From the NCBI RefSeq assembly GCF_000150275.1, contig NW_002060943.1:7448066-7512065 (forward strand): a stretch of DNA of 64,000 nt. The letters are read 5' to 3'. Positions within the stretch are counted from its first letter, which is position 1. Every line of letters starts with the position of its first letter. The DNA comes from Trichoplax adhaerens (lineage: Eukaryota; Animalia; Placozoa). The position numbers were made by a program, and so were the translations under genes. The notes beneath the pieces are model-generated. The model was not told the origin of the DNA. It saw only the letters and a program-made list of their open reading frames with translations, and searched no databases. Of the stretch, positions 50,115-63,950 are shown piece by piece.

Positions 50115-50702
50115 AAGTCTCTCTTCTCAACATTCCAATCCTCTTATTGATAGGCAACATCGATCATCGCCTTCGTCGCTTGAACATCAGGAGAAAAGCG
50201 TGATAACATATCGTTCATCGATCAAGTAAAACTACTTGTCATCGAGTTGATATTATTGAATGAATTTAGAACTAATTTCAATGCATGAAATGCATGAAGA
50301 ATTGTAGTCAAGTCTCTCTTCTCAACCTTCCAATTCTCTCTTATTAATAGGCAACATCGATCATCGCCTTGGCCGCTTGAACATCAGGAGAAAAGCGTGA
50401 TAACATATCGTTCATCGATCAAGTCAAACTACTTGTCATCGAGTTGGTATTATTGAATGAATTCAGAATTAATTTCAGTGCATGAAATGCATGAAGAATT
50501 GTAGTCAAGTCTCTCTTCTCAATCTTCCAATTCTCTCTTATTGATAAGCAACATCGATCATCGCCTTCGTCGCTTGAACATCAGGAGAAAAGCGTGATAA
50601 CATATCGTTCATCGATCAAGTCAAACTACTTGTCATCAAGTTGGTATTATTGAATGAATTCGGAAGTAATTTCTATGCATTTTATGCATGAAGAATTGTA
50701 GT
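50115..50702. repeat. Three-copy tandem repeat, unit ~196 bp
   Basis: AAGTCTCTCTTCTCAA...CAACATCGATCATCGCC...GCATGAAGAATTGTAGT at 50115, 50310 and 50507. Confidence 0.95.
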
Positions 50703-52732
50703 TAATACTTCGCCATTCGTTCTCGTCGACAAGGACACTGGTAGAAAACGTGTCTACAGAAGGTGATCAACATCGATCACACTGGTGCAATAGTTGATTA
50801 GTGTGACAACAGTGAACAACCCACTATTTGCTGTACAATATTTTCATTCCTGCATGGTACGCAGTCAAGGAAAATTCCAATTCTTCCCATCATTACTGCA
50901 CTCCGTAGGACAAAGAAAAACTGTCATATTCGTATCGACTTTGATCGACTGGATTCCAATCCGACGCTGTTCAAATTCAATTTCCATCCCATCAACGTGT
51001 GCAGTCGTGCTGAACGACAATTCATTTTCAATCCCTATATAGACTGTACAAATAAATTCAATATAGTGGCATATCGTGAATTGAAATTCAATTCAAATAG
51101 TTGGAACCTGATCAATGTGTCAAGATATCACGATCAATTAGTTGGTTGACTACGGGATTGCATTCATTCTATACATGATAGACGTCATTAGTGACTCATT
51201 ACTCATCAAAGCGGCATCTTCAATTAATTAATAATACTTGATTATCGTCTTCAACCTTAAGGTACAGTACAACGACACCATCTCAATTTCACTATCATCC
51301 AACGTGCTGATTGCCAAATAACAGGTGAGATAAGTAGACTGAAATTTTAAAATGCCGCACTAGCTAAACAGACGTTCAGTATCCATCCCTTGTCGAGATG
51401 ACCAGTTACTTATCTAGGACGAGAACGATAAAAACTGATTTCCCCCCCCCCCCATCATTCAACTTGGATCAGTTTAAACAAATGCCTTGAACGGACACAC
51501 TCTACTAGCACTGTCATCTTTCTAAGGAGAAATAGGTATAATCGTAATTGATCCTTCTTTGCATCCTTACTTGCATTACATCCAAACGACATTTGATTGT
51601 AGTCTAGTCCATGATGACAATGTGGCCGCCACTCCTTATATCGATGACCAAAACTTACTTTAATTACGCTAAAAGTCTTCAACTACTCTTAAATAACTGT
51701 CAAATGGATGTACGTATTCCAATTACATACATTAATTATCCTTCATCATGCAATATTATCGTGCCAATGAAGTAAATTACTTGCAATTTTTCTACCATTA
51801 TTTGCCCTATTCTATTTTATTCATAGCATTGATATAAATTAGTTATGTTAATTAAAAGCAACAAGACGACGGCCAAACAATCCATACTGTGGCTCGATAC
51901 CATGGCGTAAATGAAGAATGTAAATGTTACTTTGTCGTCGCCCTCTGTAAACATTGTCTACAGTGATGCGATTGAAACAATTTCTTTCTTGTTTCATTTC
52001 GACAAAAAAGGCGCTCAGCTACGATAGAGGATCCCATTCAATTTTGTTGCTTTCCTATTTCTCGACGAGCTAGAGATTTAACAGTTTTTTCGTCAAACAC
52101 TCAACTCGTATATTAGTCTTGACAGAAATACCTCGTCATTGTCGTACTTACTAAATAGATCCATTAGTCACAGTAGTTAGACAATCTTAAGTACACAAAA
52201 ATCCTGATGTTGTCAATAAAGCACAGCGTCATCAAGGCCCTACAAGAATCGATATTGTAATACGTTATTAACTTACTAAGTTATTTGATTCCAACATAAT
52301 TCTCAAATTGACTACGTTATTGATTTCATCCAATATTCATACCAATGTCCAATCTTAACCTACTGTATTTCAATATCCTTGTCATTATTCGTTCATCTCG
52401 TATCATAGTTACATCCACGATTGAAAGAAAGAAACGTGACATGAATTATGCATTCTACTTGACAGTTTCGTACATAATGTGGGATCTTCACAAAAGCTTT
52501 ATGCATATTTAGTACATGACTCCATCCACTGGTTTGGGGCTTTAATATCAATAGCATCAATATTGACTTAGTCGCATTTTTTTCCTACTGTACCGGTCAG
52601 ATTATAGAGAATTGTATGTGTGATTAACTACAATTTCACCGCACAGACGGCATGGAGCTACAAGGTTATAAGTAAATATCGGTATAGAACTGTTGTATAA
52701 TTGTGATTATAAAGAAAATAGGAATCAATGGA

Positions 52733-53186
52733 CCACTAATAGACGCTCAAAGTTTGCCCTGCCCTTCTTAATGTATTCTCCAATAAATTTTATTTTATTG
52801 AAGAGGTGCTAAACTAACAGATAGACAATTCCTTACTGGATTACTTCTTACTTAACGGATCATCCTTACACACAGCTTTACTTCGGCCCACTAATAGACA
52901 CTCAAAGTTTTGCCCTGCCCTTCTTAATGTATTCTCCAATAAATTTATTGAAGAGGTGCTAAAGTAATAGATAGACACTTCCTTACTGGATCACTTCTCA
53001 CTTAACGGATCATCCTTACATACAACTTTACTTCGACTCACTAATAGACGCTCAAAGTTTTGCCCTGCCCTATTTAATGTATTCTCCAATAAATCTAAAT
53101 TGAAGAGGTGCTAAACTAACAGATAGACACTTCCTTACTGGATCACTTCTTACTTAACGGATCATTCTTACATACAACTTTACTTC
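52733..53186. repeat. Three-copy tandem repeat, unit ~152 bp, ending ~220 bp upstream of the carboxypeptidase ATG
   Basis: CACTAATAGAC(G/A)CTCAAAGTTT at ~52734, 52889 and 53039. Confidence 0.95.
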
Positions 53187-53404
53187 AAGTACCTGCTACA
53201 TTAACTATATTAGCCTGTCATAGATAATTATAATTACATGCTACACGATATTAACTTTACATGAACTATATACGTATATACAGTATATGTTACGACCAAA
53301 ACCCGATATTCGGCCAATACACGTATTGGCCCGTAATATTTACCTATTATATGATATTAAGCAATGTGAGTGACTGAATTTTTTTTCCAAAACTAGAATC
53401 GACC

Positions 53405-54730
53405 ATGGGATGGGCAACAACTCCTAAACCGTGGCTTCTCTTGGTAATATTAATGTGGTGGTCTACCTATACTTTCAATCAAGCCCAAGGCATACAATCA
53501 CCTGAATTTGATTATCATCATTACCAGGAAATGTTGACATTTTTACAAAGTTTACAACATCAACATCCATCGATATCGCACCTTTACGATATTGGTCGAT
53601 CTGTTCAAGGCCGTCGACTTTTAGTTTTAGCAATCGGTATAAATCCAAATCAACATGTACCTGGCAGGCCTGAATTTAAATACGTAGCGAATATGCACGG
53701 CAATGAAGCTGTTGGTCGTGAAATGTTATTACATTTAGCGAAATATTTGTTAAATCATTACAATATTATCGATGATATAACTCAATTGCTGAATACAACT
53801 CGTATCCACATTATGCCATCGATGAATCCTGATGGTTTCGAAATAGCCGTCCAAGGCCATTGTACAGGTACTCAGGGTCGCTATAATGCCAATTATAAAG
53901 ATCTTAATCGTAATTTTGACGATCCATACTTAGAAAGGAAGGAATCTGTTCAGCCTGAAGTCTCTGCTATAATGGATTGGATCAAAAAGATTCCCTTCGT
54001 CTTATCGGCCAATCTACATGGTGGCACATTAGTCGCAAATTATCCCTACGATAGTGTCAAACCTCATCTTATTCACCAAAATATTTATAGTCGATCACCA
54101 GATGATGATGTTTTTATCCAGTTATCTAAAGTTTACGCTAATAATCATCTTCTTATGCATTATGGCCAACCTAATTGCTCTGATAATCCCAGTGAACAAT
54201 TTCCCAACGGTATTGTTAATGGAGCAAAGTATTATCCAATATTTGGTGGTATGCAAGATTACGTCTACCTGAATTCTAATGGGATGGAAATCACCTTAGA
54301 ATTAGGTTGTTGCAAATATCCTAATAGCAAACAATTACCTGAATTATGGCAAGAAAATCGTCCTGCATTAATTGCGTATATTCAAGCAATTCATCTTGGA
54401 ATCAAAGGATTTGTTACAGATGCAAATGGTAAAGGCATCGCTAATGCAGTTATCCAAACCGATCATAGAGAACATGTAGTGCGAACCGATCGCTCTGGTG
54501 ATTACTGGCGAATATTATTACCAGGAAGATATAATTTCACAATCTCAGCTGATGGCTATCCAACAGTAAAGAGATCGATAATTGTTCCAAAATACCAACA
54601 ATCAAAATTCTCTGCAATGGTAGTTAATTTCACTTTATCGAATTCAGCATATACTTATAATACTCGTTCTACTCCCGGTATTATGAGTATTATTATTTGT
54701 GCTTTGTTTAGTTTACTATGGTCAGTTTAA
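53405..54730 (+). CDS. Metallocarboxypeptidase M14B (carboxypeptidase M/D/E-like), single catalytic domain, probable GPI anchor; 441 aa
   Basis: Uninterrupted ORF with a signal peptide, zinc motif NMHGNE, DLNRNF, SANLHGG, GGMQDY and catalytic ITLELGCCKYP. A transthyretin-like domain (GIKGFV...GDYWRILLPG) and a hydrophobic C-terminal tail follow. The architecture best fits CPM. Confidence 0.93.
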   Translation: MGWATTPKPWLLLVILMWWSTYTFNQAQGIQSPEFDYHHYQEMLTFLQSLQHQHPSISHLYDIGRSVQGRRLLVLAIGINPNQHVPGRPEFKYVANMHGNEAVGREMLLHLAKYLLNHYNIIDDITQLLNTTRIHIMPSMNPDGFEIAVQGHCTGTQGRYNANYKDLNRNFDDPYLERKESVQPEVSAIMDWIKKIPFVLSANLHGGTLVANYPYDSVKPHLIHQNIYSRSPDDDVFIQLSKVYANNHLLMHYGQPNCSDNPSEQFPNGIVNGAKYYPIFGGMQDYVYLNSNGMEITLELGCCKYPNSKQLPELWQENRPALIAYIQAIHLGIKGFVTDANGKGIANAVIQTDHREHVVRTDRSGDYWRILLPGRYNFTISADGYPTVKRSIIVPKYQQSKFSAMVVNFTLSNSAYTYNTRSTPGIMSIIICALFSLLWSV

Positions 54731-55719
54731 ATATTCGAAAAAAATCTTATGTATTATGAAAATTATATCTACTATCGTGTGCTTTTCATAATGATTTAAT
54801 ATTGCATCGATATTATATTTTATCCTTTGCGCAATATCGACTGGATAAATTGTAAACAATCCCTTTTTTTCATACTGTATTACACTCTTTTATCCACATT
54901 AGTTATTTATCCCTTACATTTATCATATCGATTCTTAATTTTTTTGATATAATATTCACACTTAGTGAATCCTTGTAAAAATGTATACGTTTTTTTAAAT
55001 TTTATTTTGAATAATGGTTTTCGGAGAGTAGAAAAGTTGTATTAATTGCTAGTATCTTTCTATCATATTCTTTAGTTATTACAGAAAATGTTATTAATAT
55101 TTATCTATCATAAAAAATGGATTTTTTATATATATGTCACGGTATATACTGAATTGTAATTTTGTACAGGGAGTAAAGGCCTGACTAAAATATCAGAGTT
55201 TGTAATAGATCAACATTGTGTGGTGTTTCAACGATAGCAAACTTTCTATTTTAAATAAGTAGATAAGGACATAATTCTGCATATTGTTGACTTCTATATT
55301 ATTGTTATTAAAGTTTATCTAAAGATATCGAGAAATCTTGCTAGTGTTCTTTAACAAGCTGTAGCAGCATCAATCATTTTATGAATTTTCGTCATTATTT
55401 TAATTAGAAGAAAAAGAGCATAAATGTCTGTTTTTACAAATTAGACAGGATTTATACACATACGTTCATTATATGTGCAAATTACGAGTATAGCACGGAT
55501 GAATGTTACGATATTATCTCATTACCTAATCAACAATTTCGCGTCGATTAATATTTGATATCAAAGAAGGATCAATTTTAAAAGTTACCATTATATCCGT
55601 ATAAAATCAACTTACTAGGCTAAGCTGATTTATTCCGAATAGAATTCATAATATCGGTCTATCACTTATCGAGCATGAAAAATAACAGTAGATGCATATC
55701 ATTTTGTTGTGAGCATTGA

Positions 55720-55945
55720 AAGACTATAATAAGATAGCATCATAGGTTGGAGCAAAGTTAAAATCATGCTATAAATTAGATAGTAATTAATGTATATATT
55801 TCATCTATAAAGTATGAAAGTAACTGTAAATTTATATCATTTTGTCGTGAAGAGCTATTAAAAGACTATGATAAGATAGCATCATAGGTTAGAGTAAAGT
55901 TAAAGTCATGCTATAAATTGGGTAATAATGTATCTTTCATCTCAT
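55720..55945. repeat. Two-copy duplication, period ~142 bp
   Basis: AAGACTAT(A/G)ATAAGATAGCATCATAGGTT...TCATGCTATAAATT at 55720 and 55862. Confidence 0.85.
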
Positions 55946-58900
55946 GGCGTAAATCAGCTGATACACAAGTTACACTGTTTGTTGCACTATTGCCAAAAAT
56001 AGCTAAAAATGTAATTATTTAGTGGCATAAAGTAAAAAGCGAATATACCGTACATACACTTTATCATTATTGTTAATATCAAAATGATACGGTTCAGCGA
56101 ATATTCATCATGACTACTGCTTTTTATAGTATTTATAAAATAGATAATGGTGATCTCGTAGCCAAGCAGTTACAGTCATTGCATGCTAAAGAAATCCTAC
56201 ATTTTACAATTAAGTTACTCTAGATCTTATCATTAAGATAAAAAGATAATTTCTGAAATTTCATACGATTCAAATTAATACCCGGAACATTTTCTATTGC
56301 ACACCGCTATCATAAATCTTTAACACCTTTACAACTAAAATAAAAATCGGTTTTGCTGTAGCAATATGATAGTTGTTATTATGGTTGAGTAGTAGTATAA
56401 GAGACTTATAGTAATTTGATCTTACTGAATCATAATTATAATCTTGACAATAGTATAGCAAAATCAATTGATATCAATCCGATATCAGCATTAGTGATTT
56501 CGTAATTTATTTCTAAAATATTAATTATCCTAAATTAGTTTACGTATGCAGCTATTATTTTAGATAGCGAGAGATGTATTAATTTTATGTTTGGCAAGAT
56601 GAATTTGAAATTATGCTCTAAAAATATCAATAATCATGTACCTAATTTAAGTAATTCCAATTATACGCTATTATTAATTAATCAATGCAATACTATTAAT
56701 AACACGTAATTGGAAATGTGGACTGATCTTTCAAAGTTATTTACGCAACAGCACTGATTTGTAGAAAAAATACCCGTATAAAGTGGTACATTAGTCAAGA
56801 GTATATCCCGTACCATTAAGAAATAGATTCTTCCCATTGATATATCAATACATTTTTTAAAAATTTAGACTATTCCTTTCATCGATATAATACAGTATAT
56901 CGGTTTAATAAAGTAATCAATTAATCACGCTACTATTATTAATATAAATTGTATAGTTATTTTATTCGAAAATTATATATTATGCATTAATAAACTTTAG
57001 TGCCAGTACATGTTACAATAATGTGACTGAGCTTTCTTTACTCGAGATAATATGCATGGCAGCTTACAACTGACATTACTTTTATTAAATATAAAGTTAT
57101 AGAGTGGTATTCTAGTTGAGAGTGTATAGTACAAAGTATAACAACTTATTCATAAATTTAGCATATGTTATAAAAGAAAGCAGACAGGTCTTTTAATCGA
57201 GACAACTTATTATGAAGTAATTCGACACTGATCCTAACATTTGTTTCAACATATAGCAATTAATTCAATGGATACTATAAAAAGTGAATTTATTGATCAC
57301 CTTGTACAGCGCTATCTTCTGTAGTATTAAAAAAATACGCACTGCTTTCTTGTTTGAGATCTCACATAAAGTATAACTATAAAACTACTTCGTTTATTAT
57401 GAATGATGTGGAGTTATGCGAGTACTTTAACCGAGACTATATATCATATGTATGCTAAATTATTAACGTTTACTGTTTTGTTATATTAGAATATGGGCTG
57501 ATCTTAAACTAAAATTGCATATTTATTAGGTAATAAATTGCTGATGCTACTATTGTTATTGTATCAGAATAGCGAGTGATATTTAATCAGGATTGCAAAT
57601 GATAAATTACTACATTACTCAGAGTACTATTATTTGCATGTATGGCAAAAAAATATAAACAATTAATTAGAGATTTAAGAACAATATTGCTATGGAAAGT
57701 GTTATACAATTAGTTAGAAACACTATATATGTAGCTATATGATAATTGTATGGTAGTACTTGTAATACTGTAGGTGATAACGTTGTAAAAGGCGGACTGA
57801 TAATTTACTAATTATAGTGCGAAGTACAAATTGTAATCGTATCGAGGTGCAGCCTCATATAGCTATAAATACCGATCATTAATAATAAATGCAGTTACAA
57901 ATCTTATTCACGGAGTGAACGCATTGCTAAAACATAATAGAAAGAATAAATTATTATTAGCTATGATATTTATAAATGGCTATGTCGAACTTTGATACCT
58001 TAACATACGTTGAACGTATGTGAATCTAATGCATTATATCTATAAGTAATTCTATATATATATAATACTTGGATATTTAGGGTCGCAAATTAGGATTACC
58101 TTTATGGCTTTAAAAAATAAAAACTCCTTCACTGTATTGAAAATAGGATTACTAAACTTATTGTATAAAAATCGTAATAACACAAACAAAAAAGACTACA
58201 ACATATTCTATTGACAGATCATGAGACTTTGGCTAGACAAGATTGTCCTTTGCATTAGTCAACAATAGCCAATAGATGCAAGATAATACATATTGCAGCA
58301 GTTTAAATAAAGTTTACTGATTCCGCAAACTTGATTCGACATCAATCAAAACTTATCAAATCTCTATAAGAAAAAATGATGTTGCGATAATTACTGACAT
58401 TTACTATTCTAGATAGACCAAACTCCAATTTCCTTTGGTCCATATTAGTTAAATCAAAATAAAAAGCATCATATTGCAACGATTATATAACGCTTCTAAT
58501 CTACACAGACTAGATTTATTCTTTTCTTAGTTACGATTATCAAGTCTGGGCAGCAAATGTGACATTTCAACAATGGTGCAATATTTACTGACTTGCCAAG
58601 ACTCCTACAACTTCTTATTTGTCAGTACTAATTGATCAGTGGGTACTATGAAATGGTATATCCTGAAAACCTTTTGTAATAATTGTAAGATCAAGTGCAA
58701 ATTATTATCACATGATTCATAAATGTTACCAGAATCCCTTCGTATGTTAAAGAAATCCATTGTATCTAGCAGCTGTCACGAAATATATAGTGTGAGCCAC
58801 TGTATAGCTTGCTACTGATCATAATATTCCTATTTTAGATATAAGATTAGACTAAGGATGATTTTATTTATTAGCCAATGTTGAGATCGCACTCAATTGA

Positions 58901-61900
58901 ACACACTCGTACTTGAAGTCCCACATCAATTCAATTTAATAAATACCAGCCATGAGACTTGGAAATGTTTCCTTCTTGACCGATAATTTAGGCGTATCAA
59001 TATTATTATTTAATTGATGTGTGGCATTCCTCAATCATGTGCTGGACATTCGGTAATCATGCAAATACGTAGATTCGCATTCATAATCCATATTTATCGT
59101 TGTAGTGTAGTAACATATTCCAGTTGGCCATCTGTCGATAAATTGCTATTTAATAATATTGTTTACAACCAACGCTATAAAATGTTTGTTTTTTCTTGCC
59201 CAGATGTTTTTCCTGATCGATATGGATAAAATTACACAAACCGCTATCGATATAACAATAAGATAACAGCCGATGTCGTTGTTTATTTAAGGCTGTTTTA
59301 ACCGAGTCAATAATATCTCGATTTACAGAATGCAATATCTAAAATTATTTTTTATCCTATAAAATCTTGCCACTATCAAACAATATGGGTGATATTTAGT
59401 GTTTTTAGATGACCTTGATAATGATGAATAATTAAAAAAAAATTTGGCGAGATGAAATTGAACGTCATCATCCAAACTAAATAATTTAGCACATTTTCGC
59501 TATTTGTTAGGTAAAGGACTAGTATAGCTTGTGATGACTATGGGATTAATTTTAATGAAAAATGCTTGATATAATTATTGTCAGTTACTTAGCATGCAGG
59601 TAAATGATATAAATTGTTAGTTAATGGAAAATGTAGAGTATAACTATTATAGATCAGAATTAAAAAGGAAAGATTAATTGTAATCGTGGCTATCGTATAG
59701 TTTGCAACCCAAAATTGACACGATTATTATTGACTAGTGTAGTCTTAAAATGAATGTTCATAAAATCGGGATGAATGAAGAGTTATCTTCATGATAAAAA
59801 TCATGAAATTAGCTGAAACAGTGTATAGAATAATTATCATAAATCAACTTTAGCGGCATAGTCAAGAACAATCGTTTATCACATAGCGTATTGGCAAATC
59901 GACGAATTATCTTATATTAGCGACTATAAGGATATCCTAAATGCTGCAAACTGACTCTAAGTTAGGAAAAATTAACCATAATTGCTATTTGCTACCTAGC
60001 TAATAAATAATCATATAAATAAAATTAGTTTAAAAAAGAAAAAAACCTAGCAAATTTTTTGGTGTCCAAATCATTCATTACATAACTATGGGTTGATTGA
60101 CATGAAATGTTTTGATCGAGGTGATCATGTTTCATGATTATCGATCAACTAACTCAAGGCTGGATAAAATTCAGCATGATTATAATTTGTAGCTTATCGA
60201 TAAATTGGTATTAAAAATTATGAGACGAAAAATGAGCCATCAATAATTTACATAACCGACTTGAGACAGAAACATTTAATATGATTCTCCTTTTTTGCAT
60301 AGCTTCTATGTAAATTGACATAAAATTATTAACTAATCGCGGATATAAACGAGATAAATATGGTAGGAGATAAATAGTAGTAAGCAAATATCATTGATGA
60401 ATTCAACATAAACACTACTAAAGTACCAAAAATAACGTAACAAGATTTCATATTAGTTAATCTAGCTACTCTAAGCGATTACTTGTATATGTTAATAAGC
60501 CCCGCCCCAGGCTAATGTCAACATGATCATATTTCTTATAATCTAATTATTAGCAGCGAAGTTGATGGTACGCTAGTTTGTAGTTGTCGTTGTGGTTTAT
60601 TCTAATTATGCAGAATTTTGAAAATGAATCAATATCTATTAATTGGATATCAATTTATTGGTATGTTTGTCTATTTTGTTGAAAGAATTTGATTAAGGTT
60701 GTTTGGATCTTAAAATCTCTTACTCCAGATAATAGATGGATAGGATTATCTCTAAGGTGTCATAAATAATAATCATAAATCATCCTCTACTCTAATATTT
60801 ATTAACATGATATAGATTTATACCAATCCACAATTTGGTTAAAGAACAGATTAATACCGTATATAATTCAAGATTGAACTCATTTCACTATAGATTTGGT
60901 AATAGTGCCGTTGTTGCCACATTATCGTCCTGAAGTAATTAGTAATATTGCCTAATCTAAACATTGCTATGTGGATCTATTTGAGTATATAACCCAATTA
61001 AAAGATTTTGGTATACAATAGAAATATTTATTAGAAGAATTGAAAAAATTTGCGTATAACTTAAGACTTCAATTCTACCCTAGAGAGAAGCCAATATTGC
61101 TGTCAATCCTAATTCTATCATCCTATGTCTATTATTATCTAAATAGCCATGTCCTATTTCCAAATTGCGATGTGTAATAAATGTTGGGAATATACTTTGA
61201 CTTTAATTATTTTATCTAAGCTATTTCAGCCTCTATTAGTTTGTCTATAATCGCGGTCGCTGACTATTTTTGGCTAATTATACAGGATAGTGGTTATAGT
61301 TGTAAAGTAAGTATTAGTTAATGTTACTGTCCACTGATGAGCAATCGATCTCGTTTTTAGAAATGAGCGAAAGGTGCTACAACATATCATATACTTATAA
61401 TGCTTAAGGTAAAGAATATTACTCTAATTGTATTTAAGTGGTAAAATCTAGCCTAAAAATAGAGGCGTCCTTGATAAATTTGGCAGGATAGTAATTTTTA
61501 AATACAATCATCCAATGTTGATCATTTCCATTGTAGCGGTGCAATGATGAACGATTTCTGTATTAAACAGAGCTAGCGAGAGCGGCTTTGTCTTTGAATT
61601 CTATGCTAATGCACATATATTATAGAAGAGGTCTGTAATATAGCTACATCAGAGTAGTAAGATTCATTTAATTGTTAATTTTTATTAAAAAACCTACCGC
61701 ATTGTATTTTTTAAGATAGCCCTATAATTATGTCATCACTCATCTTAACTTATGCGGAAGCAGCACCATATTTAATTTATAGGTGAGATTGAACTTTATC
61801 CTATTGCATAATTAAATGCAATATGAAGTATTATCAAAAGCGGTAGAACTGTACAAGATAGAGCCACTTTATCTTATTAATTACGTGGATCAGCGGGTAA

Positions 61901-63679
61901 TCATGGGAATTAGGTTATCCTTTATTAACGTTATTTGCTTTCTTGAACTCATTAGTGAGCCACACCTTCTCAACGTAGTAGAGAGTAACGCCATCCGTTT
62001 GATGGAAGTTTAAATTCCTTCGAATTAACCATTAGCTTAACTTTTGACTATAATATAAATCAAAATAATAATTACGGATGGAATTAATTTGTATATTTTA
62101 ATTCAAACGGAGATAATTGCGCAAGCCATTATCTCAGTATGTTATCTTAATTGATGTTGGTAATTCGGATAGATTATCGAATTGAATTTATTCTTTAATG
62201 GTTCAAAATTATAATTATGGAATAGAACGTAAGTAATAACAATCGAAGATAGTCTTAATATTACAATGGCTAAAATAACGTCTCATCTTGCATCTTTATA
62301 AATTAATAGTTTAGAATTTTTTATGTAAGGAAGGCTGCACTAGACTCGACAAGTAGATTTGTTTAAACATGCTATGCCATATATTGGAATAGACGAATAT
62401 AATAGAAGAAGATATAGAAGATGAAAATAATATTAAAGGCCTTTGATAGAAACATAATTGAAAATTGAATTGAATCAATCTCTTTCTCTATAAATGATTG
62501 ATACATATCTACAGATTAATTCGTGATAGTAATTGATTAATATATAACATAGAAATATTTTCCTCCTTCAATTATCTTTTCAAATACATGAAGGTGTTTA
62601 TTCTGTTTACTCCTGATTTAATATTCTAGCCTGGGGTAAAAGTCATTTTGATTTCGTAGACAGTCTTGAATGAGAGTCCATGATAGATGAATAATAGTTT
62701 ATATTATTTTAAAAGCTTAAAGTTTAACCATTCTATTCATATTTTACATTGTTGACTTATTCTACTAGTCCGTGATTAACAATTGATCGCGAGGCTTTTA
62801 TCTTTACAACTCTTGACCATTACTAATGTAAAGAAGGTTGTAGTTGTCGAATGTAATCCAATCATAAACAACTTATTAAAGAACGGCAGTTAAAAGGGAG
62901 TGTGGGAAACTTTTAGATTGACCAATGTTACCAGAAGCGATGGTTAATTAAATTATTTTATTTGCTGATATTTCATCACGATAGATTAGTCTTTGCATTA
63001 ATGATTTCGATTGGTACAATACTATACTACAATTAAATTGCATCCCATAGTATTCTTATATAAAATATGAGATTCTTTATATGCAGTTGTTAGTAAGTTC
63101 TCAAAAATAACTTTATTGTTGATTAACTATCCACTATTTAATAGCCTAGACATAATCATAATAGTATTGATGTTATTTGGCCTAGAATACATGTACAAGT
63201 TTAGTTTTCTTGTATTGTATTCGTAAATATAATATAAAAGCACACTCCACAATTTAGATGACAATATTGAAATGATTACTGATAGAATAACCATTTAGAT
63301 ATAATTTTCTGATCTACAAAATCTGTGACATGATACCAGGATGGATGTTAGTTTGATCAAGCATACTCCTAAATTGACTTTTTCAATCTTCAAGGGAATA
63401 GTAAATTGATTACAGCATTAAAATTGCCCATAAACAGTAGAACTAATTTCTTGTTCACCAAAATCACCGCGCAGAAGAATACATTAGCACGTCGCGCGAT
63501 TTCGACAACAATATTAAATTGGTCAATGTACTACAGCCACGTGAAAAATTTTCGAATTCATCGATATCTTGTAACAAATTGAATATGATTAATTTAAGGG
63601 CTAGACTAGAATAGGAGATATTCCTTCTCATATTAATACAATACAATAATAGTTTAGTTATGATATAGATAGCTAGTGA

Positions 63680-63950
63680 CTTAACGTGAATAGAATAGAA
63701 TTTAATGCAAGGCTAGAGTAGTGGAGACTTTTACTTCTTCTATCGTGCAAACATGATCATAATGGTCTAGTCATCTAATAGATATGCAACTTTACACCAA
63801 TCGAATAAAATTTAATGCAAGGCTAGACCAGCGTAAGGACTTTTGTTTCTAGTATCAAGTAAACATGATCATAATAGTTTAGTCATCAAATACGTATGCT
63901 AGAAACTTAACACGAATCGAATAGAATTCCATGTAAGATTAGACTACTGT
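63680..63950. repeat. Degenerate tandem repeat, ~2.5 units of ~110-117 bp (may continue beyond the window)
   Basis: AATAGAATTTAATGCAAGGCTAGA-like core at ~63694, 63804 and 63921. AAACATGATCATAAT occurs twice. Confidence 0.75.

Noticed and set aside
50160-50650. C/D-box snoRNA cluster on the minus strand of the 196-bp repeat (GATGA...CTGA)
   Set aside because: Box C deviates from RUGAUGA, no terminal stem or rRNA-complementary guide could be identified, and there is no known minus-strand host intron.
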